A stretch of DNA of 28,583 nucleotides from Candidatus Thorarchaeota archaeon (GCA_048884785.1 JBHLQM010000047.1:1-28583); one strand, 5' to 3'; positions 9,438 through 16,798 are shown, counted from the first letter of the stretch. Notes: generated by a model from the letters alone, not told the origin. Numbers and translations: made by a program.

Positions 9438-10514
9438 TCAAAGACTTCCATACTCATGCCTAATACGGCAGGTCCCCTCATGGCCCACCATGCATGGTCC
9501 ATATGGATTCTCTAGAGTGCAACGTTTTCCGAAGAGAGGGCATTCAGTAGGGTCGATCATCCCCAGAATCACCTCATGGCATCTGCATCCCGGAAGTATG
9601 TCTACTGAATCCATTTGTGGAAAATGGTAGCGTCTACGAGCATCAATGTCTGCATATTCCTCTCTGATGTAGAGTCCTGAATTGCCAATGACTCCTAGTC
9701 CTCTCCAAGGGGCATCCTTGACTTCGAAGATTCGTTTCATTTTTTCTTGAGCGGCTTTGTTCCCTTCAGGAGTAACTACACGAGTATACTCGTTTTCTGA
9801 CTCAGTTCTTCCGTCTCTAATCTGAAGGAGAATCATTCTAGTGGCTTCCAAAACATCCAATGGTTCAAAACCTGCTGCCACACACGGAACCCTGTGCTTC
9901 TGAGCCAAAGAACCAAATGCATCTGTTCCGATTATGGCACTGACATGTCCGGGTGTAACGAATCCATCAACTGCAAATCCTTCTAGATTGACTAGTATCT
10001 CCATAGCTGGAGGTATGAGTTTCAATGAAGTGAGAATGGAGAAATTGCTTGGTGCTCCCCTTTCAACCTCAACTGCCATTGTTGGCGCGGTCGTTTCGAA
10101 GCCGGTTCCTATAAAGACAATTTCTCTATCAGGATTCTTCCGTGCAATTTGAGTTGCTTCATTTACTCCATAGACTATACGCACATCAGCGCCATTTGCA
10201 CGTTCCTTCATCAGTGACGATGATGTTGAAGGTACCCTGATCATATCTCCGAATGTCGCAATAGTCTTTCCTTGTCTGGCAAGCTCAATGGCCATGTCAA
10301 CATCTTGCGCAGCACATACACACACAGGACATCCAGGTCCCGCAACAAGAGTGACTTCTCTGGGAAGCAAAGATCTCAGACCGTGACTGGTTATGGTGTC
10401 TTCATGCGTCCCGCAAACGTGAACAATTCGTATCTGTTGTCCTTCAGCAAGACCTTGTATCTCATCTATGATTGCCTTAGCATACCGTGAGTTACGAAAA
10501 TCAGTCTTTTCCAC
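9438..10514 (-). CDS. hypD: [NiFe]-hydrogenase maturation protein HypD
   Basis: CGTHE, GPGCPVCV, GFETT, PGHVS and the C-terminal Fe-S cysteines (CRC..ECPLFG.RC..PYGPCMV..EGTC). Confidence 0.97.
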   Translation of the reverse strand: MEKTDFRNSRYAKAIIDEIQGLAEGQQIRIVHVCGTHEDTITSHGLRSLLPREVTLVAGPGCPVCVCAAQDVDMAIELARQGKTIATFGDMIRVPSTSSSLMKERANGADVRIVYGVNEATQIARKNPDREIVFIGTGFETTAPTMAVEVERGAPSNFSILTSLKLIPPAMEILVNLEGFAVDGFVTPGHVSAIIGTDAFGSLAQKHRVPCVAAGFEPLDVLEATRMILLQIRDGRTESENEYTRVVTPEGNKAAQEKMKRIFEVKDAPWRGLGVIGNSGLYIREEYADIDARRRYHFPQMDSVDILPGCRCHEVILGMIDPTECPLFGKRCTLENPYGPCMVGHEGTCRIRHEYGSL

Positions 10515-10579
10515 TCATGGACCCCCATATATTGATTCACAGGTCCAAACACCAATAAATTTGGCTATCAAGATACAAA

Positions 10580-10906
10580 CTAGGCACGGGCTGCATCGAG
10601 AATGACGAGGGCTTCTCCTATCGAGATTGATAGCTTGCTCGCGAGTTCCTTGGCACTTATGTTTGGATTAGTTGGCAGAACTTGGTTTCGGGTATATCCC
10701 GCAAGGTTCGGATATAATGGATTTCTCATTGTTGTCTCCACAAGAACTGGCCACAGTGGGTTTGATTTGAAATCTGCTGGGTTGAGATCCAGCATCCGAG
10801 CTGACAGTTTCTCTCTGGGTTCAGGTTTGGAGTCTTCTACTTTCTTGCGGCTTTTGGTGTGCTTATCCAGTCTATCCTGCTTCAACAGAGCGTCCCATCC
10901 TTTCAT
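10580..10906 (-). CDS. Small protein with a C-terminal helix-turn-helix
   Basis: NPNISAKELASKLSISIGEALVIL fits an HTH pattern; basic, probably disordered N-terminus. Confidence 0.65.
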   Translation of the reverse strand: MKGWDALLKQDRLDKHTKSRKKVEDSKPEPREKLSARMLDLNPADFKSNPLWPVLVETTMRNPLYPNLAGYTRNQVLPTNPNISAKELASKLSISIGEALVILDAARA

Positions 10907-10919
10907 CCCGGCAGTGTCA

Positions 10920-10936
10920 TAGAGTCAATGACTCTA
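10920..10936. promoter_or_regulatory. Palindromic operator between the TATA box and the start of the HTH gene
   Basis: Perfect TAGAGTCA-A-TGACTCTA; extra half-site TTGACTC near 10947; minus-strand GCTTATAAT box near 10957-10965. Confidence 0.55.
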
Positions 10937-11117
10937 GGATTTCTTATTGACTCGACATTATAAGCCTTGGGGCAGAGCCCTTGTTCATAGCAAAATTTTA
11001 TCCACCTTTCTCCGATTGGCGCTTAATTGTCCCACTCAGTAAGGTTTAACAACGATGAATACTGGGAATGTTTGAATAATGTAGGCCATATCGGCCATTA
11101 CGGGGTTTGAGTTCAAG

Positions 11118-11414
11118 TTGCCTCATGGCATTAGAAGAATAGTTCTGGACGTTTTGAAACCACATACACCTAGATTGACTGATCTTGCCCTCATGCTATC
11201 CAGAGATCCGCACGTTATTGGTGTAAACATATCACTAAAGGAAGTTGACCAGAATACAGAGTCAATAGCCGTTACTCTCGAGGGTGATAATCTCAGCTTT
11301 GAGTCCATTAAGGAGATTCTTGAGCAAGCCGGAGCAGTCATTCACTCGATCGATCAAGTGGTGGCGGGAAAGGAACTTGTTGAAGAAGTAACCCTACAAC
11401 CAGAGAATTCTTAG
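11118..11414 (+). CDS. DUF211 family protein (COG1888-like)
   Basis: [17 protein letters not shown]...EVD..TE and [13 protein letters not shown] signatures. Confidence 0.9.
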   Translation: MPHGIRRIVLDVLKPHTPRLTDLALMLSRDPHVIGVNISLKEVDQNTESIAVTLEGDNLSFESIKEILEQAGAVIHSIDQVVAGKELVEEVTLQPENS

Positions 11415-11419
11415 TTCTC

Positions 11420-12052
11420 CTATCGATTTCTCAACTGCCTGAGCAGTCGATTGCTTTCTTCTTCTATTTTTCGATGGACTATTGAACGCAGGTCATGTTC
11501 AAATGCATTAGGCACAATGCTTACGATATTGCAGAGTCTATCTACTATTCTATCCGCAAGGGCGTGTGGAGCTAGAACTCCTCCAGTGACCACACTCTTT
11601 ACAACCGCTTCTCCTACACTTGTTCGGATGACAGAATCAACAACATTGGAAATAGTTCCATCAGGATCAACATAGAATGGAAGTTGGGTTCTATCATGAA
11701 GTACAAGAAAACCTAGCTTTTCAGTAATGCTGTCAGTATACCATTCTAGGCTTGACTCCTTCATTCGGAACTTGTTGGCAAACTCAGTCTTTGTAAGAGG
11801 ATTTGGGTGGCTCCATGGATGTCGTGTGACCATATACAAAGCAGCAGCAAAGAATGGGTCTGGTTCTCTGGGAACTCCTTCCTGAGACACATAGCGTCGT
11901 ATTAGATTCAATGCCATTGTTTGATAGTTCTCATCAATTCTGTTTTCATTGAAGAATTGATGGGCATTTCTAACCAACCCTACTACCACCTTTGGGCTTG
12001 CAGCTAGCCCATCATATTCATCACGAAAATCCATTGTCACGTTCGCTCTCAT
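11420..12052 (-). CDS. Protein with a single TFIIB/TFB-type cyclin-fold repeat and an unknown C-terminal domain
   Basis: ALNLIRRY..REPDPFFAAALYMVTR..PLTKTEFANKFRMKESSLEWYTDSITEKLG aligns by eye with the TFB core repeat; no Zn ribbon. Confidence 0.65.
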   Translation of the reverse strand: MRANVTMDFRDEYDGLAASPKVVVGLVRNAHQFFNENRIDENYQTMALNLIRRYVSQEGVPREPDPFFAAALYMVTRHPWSHPNPLTKTEFANKFRMKESSLEWYTDSITEKLGFLVLHDRTQLPFYVDPDGTISNVVDSVIRTSVGEAVVKSVVTGGVLAPHALADRIVDRLCNIVSIVPNAFEHDLRSIVHRKIEEESNRLLRQLRNR

Positions 12053-12145
12053 CCGGCAGTATATATGAAATGCGGTTGCTTGTTGCTTATATGTCCATAG
12101 GAAACTGAGGTCAGGGACTATTGTATTACGCGCGGTTTGCTTTCA

Positions 12146-12757
12146 CTATCTTGCCTTGTAGACTTTCTCGAGAGCCCACCGCATTGCCCTCTCAATCTCA
12201 GTGAGTCGGACTTCTCCTCCGTAATTCTTGATGACAACCTCTTCAAGAATACCATTGTCCGCACGGACTTCAAAATCGAAAGCATCATCCCATGTCAGCT
12301 CACCTGCTTCCACTCTATGACGGTCCTCTTCTTGGAATTTACCAAGAATTCGTTCCACGAAGAATCTTGCAAATGCGCCTCTCTTTATATCATAGACTGC
12401 ATGGGCTGCGGGAATTGCCCGAATCTCATGGGACGTTACTTCAAGTGTTGCGAGTTCGAGGTCTCTCCCCTTGTTGAACAGAACTATGCTCCTGAGCTCA
12501 GGTACTCCCTCGGTTGTTGCTCTCTCCGGTGGAGGGGTTTTTGCTGGTGCTGCACTGCTCATGGCTGCCTCAGCAGTTGCAAAGCTTCCTGCAGTAATTG
12601 TGGCATCCAGTGCTTTGATGTACTCCTCTATCTTCTTTATTCTGCTGCGAAGTTCTTCCAACTCCTTCTGCAGCTCTCTTCTAATTTCCAGCAGAGTGGG
12701 TACCTGTGGACTTGCCATGATTGACACCTTTGGATAGATGTGCTTCTTAGGAATCAC
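12146..12757 (-). CDS. Conserved archaeal coiled-coil protein, unknown function
   Basis: N-terminal heptad coiled coil, GSFATA, Ala/Pro linker, then a globular domain (FFVERIL..D, IKNY, RL.EI..RW.LEK) recalled from TACK/Asgard hypothetical proteins. Confidence 0.75.
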   Translation of the reverse strand: MIPKKHIYPKVSIMASPQVPTLLEIRRELQKELEELRSRIKKIEEYIKALDATITAGSFATAEAAMSSAAPAKTPPPERATTEGVPELRSIVLFNKGRDLELATLEVTSHEIRAIPAAHAVYDIKRGAFARFFVERILGKFQEEDRHRVEAGELTWDDAFDFEVRADNGILEEVVIKNYGGEVRLTEIERAMRWALEKVYKAR

Positions 12758-12819
12758 TAATCTACTATATCATCCTGTGTGTTATATGGTCATAGTGAAA
12801 ACGAATCCTAATAGATTCT

Positions 12820-13038
12820 TCACTTTTCTACAACACGTATAGCAAAGTCAGGACAGTGCATCTCACAAATATGACACACCTTGCAGGCGTCAAGGTCATC
12901 AACAAGGGGAAGAAAGAAGCCTCTATTATCTACGTGTTCGGACTTCTTTAGAACAGCATGTGGGCATACTGAGATACAGATATGGCATCCTTTGCACAGT
13001 CTGGGATTTACGACAATCTCGCGTGCTTTCTTTGCCAT
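12820..13038 (-). CDS. 2x[4Fe-4S] ferredoxin, similar to the 2-oxoacid:ferredoxin oxidoreductase delta subunit
   Basis: CKGCHICISVCP and CKVCHICEMHCPDFAI, two CxxCxxCxxxCP motifs. Confidence 0.92.
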   Translation of the reverse strand: MAKKAREIVVNPRLCKGCHICISVCPHAVLKKSEHVDNRGFFLPLVDDLDACKVCHICEMHCPDFAIRVVEK

Positions 13039-13131
13039 AACTCTAGCCTCAATTTCGGCCTGTTCCTCTCTGAGATATAACGATATTCATCCGAACACGG
13101 GAGGATTATATAAGCAATACAATATAGGATT

Positions 13132-13863
13132 GTGAATGCTGGTGGTTTCAAGGTGAAAAGGTTCTTTGTATTTCAGTGCTCGAACTGCCAGAATTTCACG
13201 ACTGCGCCTGTAGAACAGAAACGAAGGAGATGTAGCTATTGTGGAAAAATAATCGATATCTCCAAAGCCGCAAAAGCGTTGGTCGAAGATCATCAAGCGG
13301 CATCTATTGCAGTTCGAGCATATAATGCAGCAAGGGGTGGAGATGAATTCGAGAAAGCAGTCGATAGATCCCGAGAACGTATTCGCCAGCTTGTGCCCCT
13401 CACAAAAAAGACTGCAGAGGAGATCGCTACCCAAGACGTAGAAGATGAAATCCCCTCTGGAAGACAGGCAAAACTCAGATTCCTATTAGAAAAACATGCC
13501 GCCGTTTCTCCATTGTCATTGACTGAACTCGAAGATCATTGTTCAAAGAATAATCTAGACTGGTCTTGGGTGGAGAAGCAACTCACACTAATGGCAAATG
13601 CCGGAGCTCTTATTTTTCCGCGTCCATGGACAGTTCAGGCAGTGAGAGCGTCCGAAAGCGATGAACAAGTTCAACCACTGCTTCGCGATGTGACTCAGGA
13701 TATTTTGAAGCTGCTTGGAACAAGTACTGTGAGTGTTGAGTCAATTATAGCACATTTCCAATCACGTGGCATCTCGAGAGCATCTGTTGAAAACTCTTTG
13801 AATAAGTTAATGCGGTCTGGAGACATATTTGAACCGAGTACAGGTCAAGTGCGAGTAATTTAG
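13132..13863 (+). CDS. Zn-ribbon (DUF1922-like) protein with two C-terminal winged-helix domains
   Basis: CSNC...RCSYCG ribbon; two wHTH-like repeats ending LMANAGALIFPRPWTVQAV and LMRSGDIFEPSTGQVRVI. Confidence 0.75.
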   Translation: MNAGGFKVKRFFVFQCSNCQNFTTAPVEQKRRRCSYCGKIIDISKAAKALVEDHQAASIAVRAYNAARGGDEFEKAVDRSRERIRQLVPLTKKTAEEIATQDVEDEIPSGRQAKLRFLLEKHAAVSPLSLTELEDHCSKNNLDWSWVEKQLTLMANAGALIFPRPWTVQAVRASESDEQVQPLLRDVTQDILKLLGTSTVSVESIIAHFQSRGISRASVENSLNKLMRSGDIFEPSTGQVRVI

Positions 13864-13910
13864 CATGCGAACCATTCAATAGCATATAGAATAATTGAGG
13901 TCGGAGTATC

Positions 13911-14300
13911 ATGCCAATTGTGGAATTAGTAGCTCGTAAATCGCTAGAGGCAAATCCAGACATAGGCATGAGCGTGATTGACCTCATCATTCTACTCTGG
14001 CTATATTCGAATCCGTATGAGAGTAAGCGGCGTCAGATCAGCTCAATTCGAAATGTCCTCAAGATGACAGAGACCCTTCAGACTCCTGGCAAAGGAATTG
14101 AGTTATCGGATGAAGAAGTCACACAGATCGTACTGAGCAGTCTGAATAATCTCAAGAAAAAGGGGCTTGTTTTCTTAAGATCTGCAGGCATTCATTATAT
14201 CAAAGGTACTCTAACAACGAATGGTATCTCTCTAGTTGAAGAGGCCGTTTCTACGCCCGTTTTAAAAAGGATTACAGCAGAGTTTGGCAACAATCCATAG
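13911..14300 (+). CDS. Winged-helix DNA-binding domain protein
   Basis: MSVIDLIILLWLY, SLNNLKKKGLV and LTTNG match MarR/PadR-like wHTH patterns; GAGGT/GGAG SD. Confidence 0.7.
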   Translation: MPIVELVARKSLEANPDIGMSVIDLIILLWLYSNPYESKRRQISSIRNVLKMTETLQTPGKGIELSDEEVTQIVLSSLNNLKKKGLVFLRSAGIHYIKGTLTTNGISLVEEAVSTPVLKRITAEFGNNP

Positions 14301-14303
14301 TGG

Positions 14304-14329
14304 TTGCATTTCCAAAACCTTAAATGCAA
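14304..14329 (+). promoter_or_regulatory. BRE/TATA promoter of the r-protein operon flanked by an inverted repeat
   Basis: AAAACC-TTAAAT (14314-14325) enclosed by TTGCATTT (14304-11) and AAATGCAA (14322-29). Confidence 0.6.
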
Positions 14330-14339
14330 TATACTACGC

Positions 14340-14538
14340 GCAGACGATTGTCGCTCTCTGAAGCCAATTGTTTCAGAACGGAAGGAAGCAGTGCAGGCAC
14401 CTAGTTCTGCTCGCGAGAACGTCTGCATACGTGTGCCGGAATGTTCTGGAGTGATTGTGGAGGGTTCATGACAATTACACAAGATCTGGCTGCAAACAGT
14501 TGGATCGAGTAAATGTAAAGCACCGGAAGTGAGGCAGG
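14340..14538 (+). promoter_or_regulatory. Long, potentially structured 5' leader of the r-protein operon
   Basis: Hairpins 14357-14377, 14387-14411, 14436-14449 and 14451-14478; possible 14-codon uORF at 14468-14512. Confidence 0.4.
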
Positions 14539-15003
14539 ATGCCGTCATATAGATATTCCATCATAGGCATTGACCCTGATAGAACCGCAATTGCAAGTGG
14601 GCGGAATATACGTTGTTCTCCCAAGCACAGTCGGGAAATCTGTAATGAGATTCGGGGAATGATGCTAGACAAAGCCATTGAACTCCTTGAGAGTGTAATT
14701 CAGGAAAAGGCTTGGATCCCCTACAGGCGTCATAGAAAGAAGCGTGGACACCATGCCGGGGTGAAGAAATGGGGACCAGGTGGTCATCCAGTAAAGGCAT
14801 CCCATCATATTCTCAAGGTACTAAAGAATGCTGAAGCAAATGCAGACAATAAAGGACTCGACATTGACCGTCTAAAGATCTTGCATGCTTCTGCACAGAG
14901 AGGGAGAGCCTACAAGGCCTTTATCCAGAGAGCGTTTGGCCGAAGTACTCCTTACTTTGAGAATACTTCGCATGTTGAGATTGTATTGGAAGAGGTGGCA
15001 TAA
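14539..15003 (+). CDS. rpl22: 50S ribosomal protein uL22
   Basis: SPKHSREIC, G.HPVKA, LKNAEANA, RAFGRSTP and HVEIVL. Confidence 0.98.
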   Translation: MPSYRYSIIGIDPDRTAIASGRNIRCSPKHSREICNEIRGMMLDKAIELLESVIQEKAWIPYRRHRKKRGHHAGVKKWGPGGHPVKASHHILKVLKNAEANADNKGLDIDRLKILHASAQRGRAYKAFIQRAFGRSTPYFENTSHVEIVLEEVA

Positions 15004-15927
15004 ATGTCAGCAATCAAGTACTTCATCGACCAAAATGCGCGAAAACTTACTGTAGACGAGTTTCTAAGCCGCGAGCTAAACTCTGCAGGATATGGTGGCG
15101 TTGATATTAGAAAAATGCCTATGCGAACAGAGGTTGTTATTCAGGCATCAAGACCCGGTGTTGTGATTGGTCGACGTGGATCCAAAATCCGTGACTTGAC
15201 ATACATTCTTGAGAATGACTTCGGGATTGAGAACGTCCAAGTAGAAGTTGCAGAGATTGAGAATCCATGGCTTAATGCTCAAGTAATGGCATCAAGACTT
15301 GCGAGGCAGCTTGAACGTGGTGTTCGTTTTCGAAGGATGGCTTACTGGATTTTGCGAAGAGTAATGCGTGCCGGAGCCATTGGATGTGAAATCATTGTTA
15401 AGGGTAAGTTGTCCAGCCGACGTGCCCGATATCAAAAATTCAAGCAGGGTACAATTGCCAAGACAGGAGAGCCTGCAACTGTATTCGTTGACGAAGCTGA
15501 TGATAGAGCAGTCCTGAAACCTGGGGTAATTGGAATCAAGGTTCGAATCATGAAGCCTGAGTCAAGACTTCCAGGAGTGATTGTAGTCAAGAAGCCCAAG
15601 GCCAAGAAGGCCAAGAGACCTATAGTTGCAGCAGATGACCTCGAAGGTGAAGAAGTCACGGAGGAAATCGCTCCTGAGATTGATGAGAGTCTGGAGGGCA
15701 TCACAGACCTTGAAGAGCTGCGAGAACTTGAGGAACTCGATGGGCTAGAGCTAGTAGAAGAAGAAGTTGAACCAGAGAAGTCTGCTGAAGAGAAGCCACC
15801 AAAGAAGCTTTCAGACACAAAGGAAACAGAGGAATCTGTTGATGAATCCAAGAGTGATGATGATGAGCCTGATGTTGATCTATCTGATCTCGATGAGCTG
15901 GATTCTCTTGATGAAGGAGGAGAGTAA
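15004..15927 (+). CDS. rps3: 30S ribosomal protein uS3 with a long charged C-terminal tail
   Basis: AGYGG, RPGVVIGRRG KH motif, GAIGCEIIVKGKL and GVIGIKVRIM. Confidence 0.98.
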   Translation: MSAIKYFIDQNARKLTVDEFLSRELNSAGYGGVDIRKMPMRTEVVIQASRPGVVIGRRGSKIRDLTYILENDFGIENVQVEVAEIENPWLNAQVMASRLARQLERGVRFRRMAYWILRRVMRAGAIGCEIIVKGKLSSRRARYQKFKQGTIAKTGEPATVFVDEADDRAVLKPGVIGIKVRIMKPESRLPGVIVVKKPKAKKAKRPIVAADDLEGEEVTEEIAPEIDESLEGITDLEELRELEELDGLELVEEEVEPEKSAEEKPPKKLSDTKETEESVDESKSDDDEPDVDLSDLDELDSLDEGGE

Positions 15928-15930
15928 GAT

Positions 15931-16143
15931 ATGCCACAGCTTACACCCCAAGATATTCGCAAATTAACTCCCACAGAGAGGAAGAAGAAACTTGCTGAGC
16001 TCTACAATGAGCTGACCACTATCCAAGTTGAATTGACCACTGGTGGTGGTACGGATAATCCGTACAAGACTCGTGCCGTAAAGAAAGCTATTGCTCGCAT
16101 TCTTACAATAGAGCGGGAAGAAGAACTGGGGGTAAAAAGATGA
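15931..16143 (+). CDS. rpl29: 50S ribosomal protein uL29
   Basis: DIRKL..ER.KKL.EL..EL and KKAIARILT; operon position. Confidence 0.95.
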   Translation: MPQLTPQDIRKLTPTERKKKLAELYNELTTIQVELTTGGGTDNPYKTRAVKKAIARILTIEREEELGVKR

Positions 16144-16427
16144 GTGACGTAACCCCTCTCAACATTCTCAATCATGAACTTATCGGTCTTGAAACTCACG
16201 TGGTCAACTCAAGAGACCCTGGTCACGTATCTAAGAGAGGCAAAATTGTAGCTGAAACCAGAGAGATGATTCAACTGGAAACAGACGAAGGAGAAGTATT
16301 GCTGTCCAAAGAGGTCTGCATCTTTCAAATAGAGCTCCCAGATGGAACACTCATTCAGATTGATGGAAACCTGCTAAAGGGACGTCCTGAGGACAGGCTC
16401 AAGAAACACCAGAACAGGAGACAGTGA
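16140..16427 (+). CDS. rnp1: RNase P protein component 1 (Rpp29/Pop4)
   Basis: NILNHELIGL, G.IV.ETR and DG..L.GRPEDRLK; canonical position before uS17. Confidence 0.95.
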   Translation: MSDVTPLNILNHELIGLETHVVNSRDPGHVSKRGKIVAETREMIQLETDEGEVLLSKEVCIFQIELPDGTLIQIDGNLLKGRPEDRLKKHQNRRQ

Positions 16428-16795
16428 AGATGGTAAAGAAAGGAGCAAAAGTTCGGAATATCGGCATTCCTAATATAAACCCGCCAGAAAAGGTATGTGA
16501 GGACAAGAACTGTCCATTTCACGGAGATCTATCTGTGCGTGGTAGAACCATGGAGGGTATTGTGACAAGTGTCAAGATGCACAAAGCAATCACATTCCAA
16601 ATGGACTACCTCTCTCTGATTAAGAAATACTCCCGTTATGAACGAAGACGATCAAAGAAACATGCACTCCTTCCATCCTGTATCGATGTGAAGGTTGGTG
16701 ACATCATCAAAGCTGTAGAGTGCCGTCCAATTAGCAAGAATGTGTCCTGTGTTGTAGTGTCGGTAACTCCGAGCGGTGTTGAGCAGGAGGAATAA
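16424..16795 (+). CDS. rps17: 30S ribosomal protein uS17
   Basis: NIGIP..PP..C.DKNCPFHG.LSVRG, KKYSRYERRRSK and ECRPISK. Confidence 0.98.
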   Translation: MKMVKKGAKVRNIGIPNINPPEKVCEDKNCPFHGDLSVRGRTMEGIVTSVKMHKAITFQMDYLSLIKKYSRYERRRSKKHALLPSCIDVKVGDIIKAVECRPISKNVSCVVVSVTPSGVEQEE

Positions 16796-16798
16796 GAA

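Noticed and set aside
12137-12724. 195-aa Cys-rich plus-strand ORF
   Set aside because: Antisense shadow of the coiled-coil gene; no coherent metal-binding motif
12805-12822. Possible selenocysteine read-through of the ferredoxin TGA
   Set aside because: The domain is complete, another stop follows within four codons, and no SECIS-like element was seen
14373-14399. TCAGAACGGAAGGAAGCAG resembles the SRP RNA helix-8 motif (CAGGUCCGGAAGGAAGCAG)
   Set aside because: The stem flanking the GGAA tetraloop cannot pair (AAC versus GGA), and no Alu domain or long SRP helix is visible. An Infernal search would settle it.
15432-15974. Ser-rich 180-aa minus-strand ORF
   Set aside because: Antisense of the acidic uS3 tail
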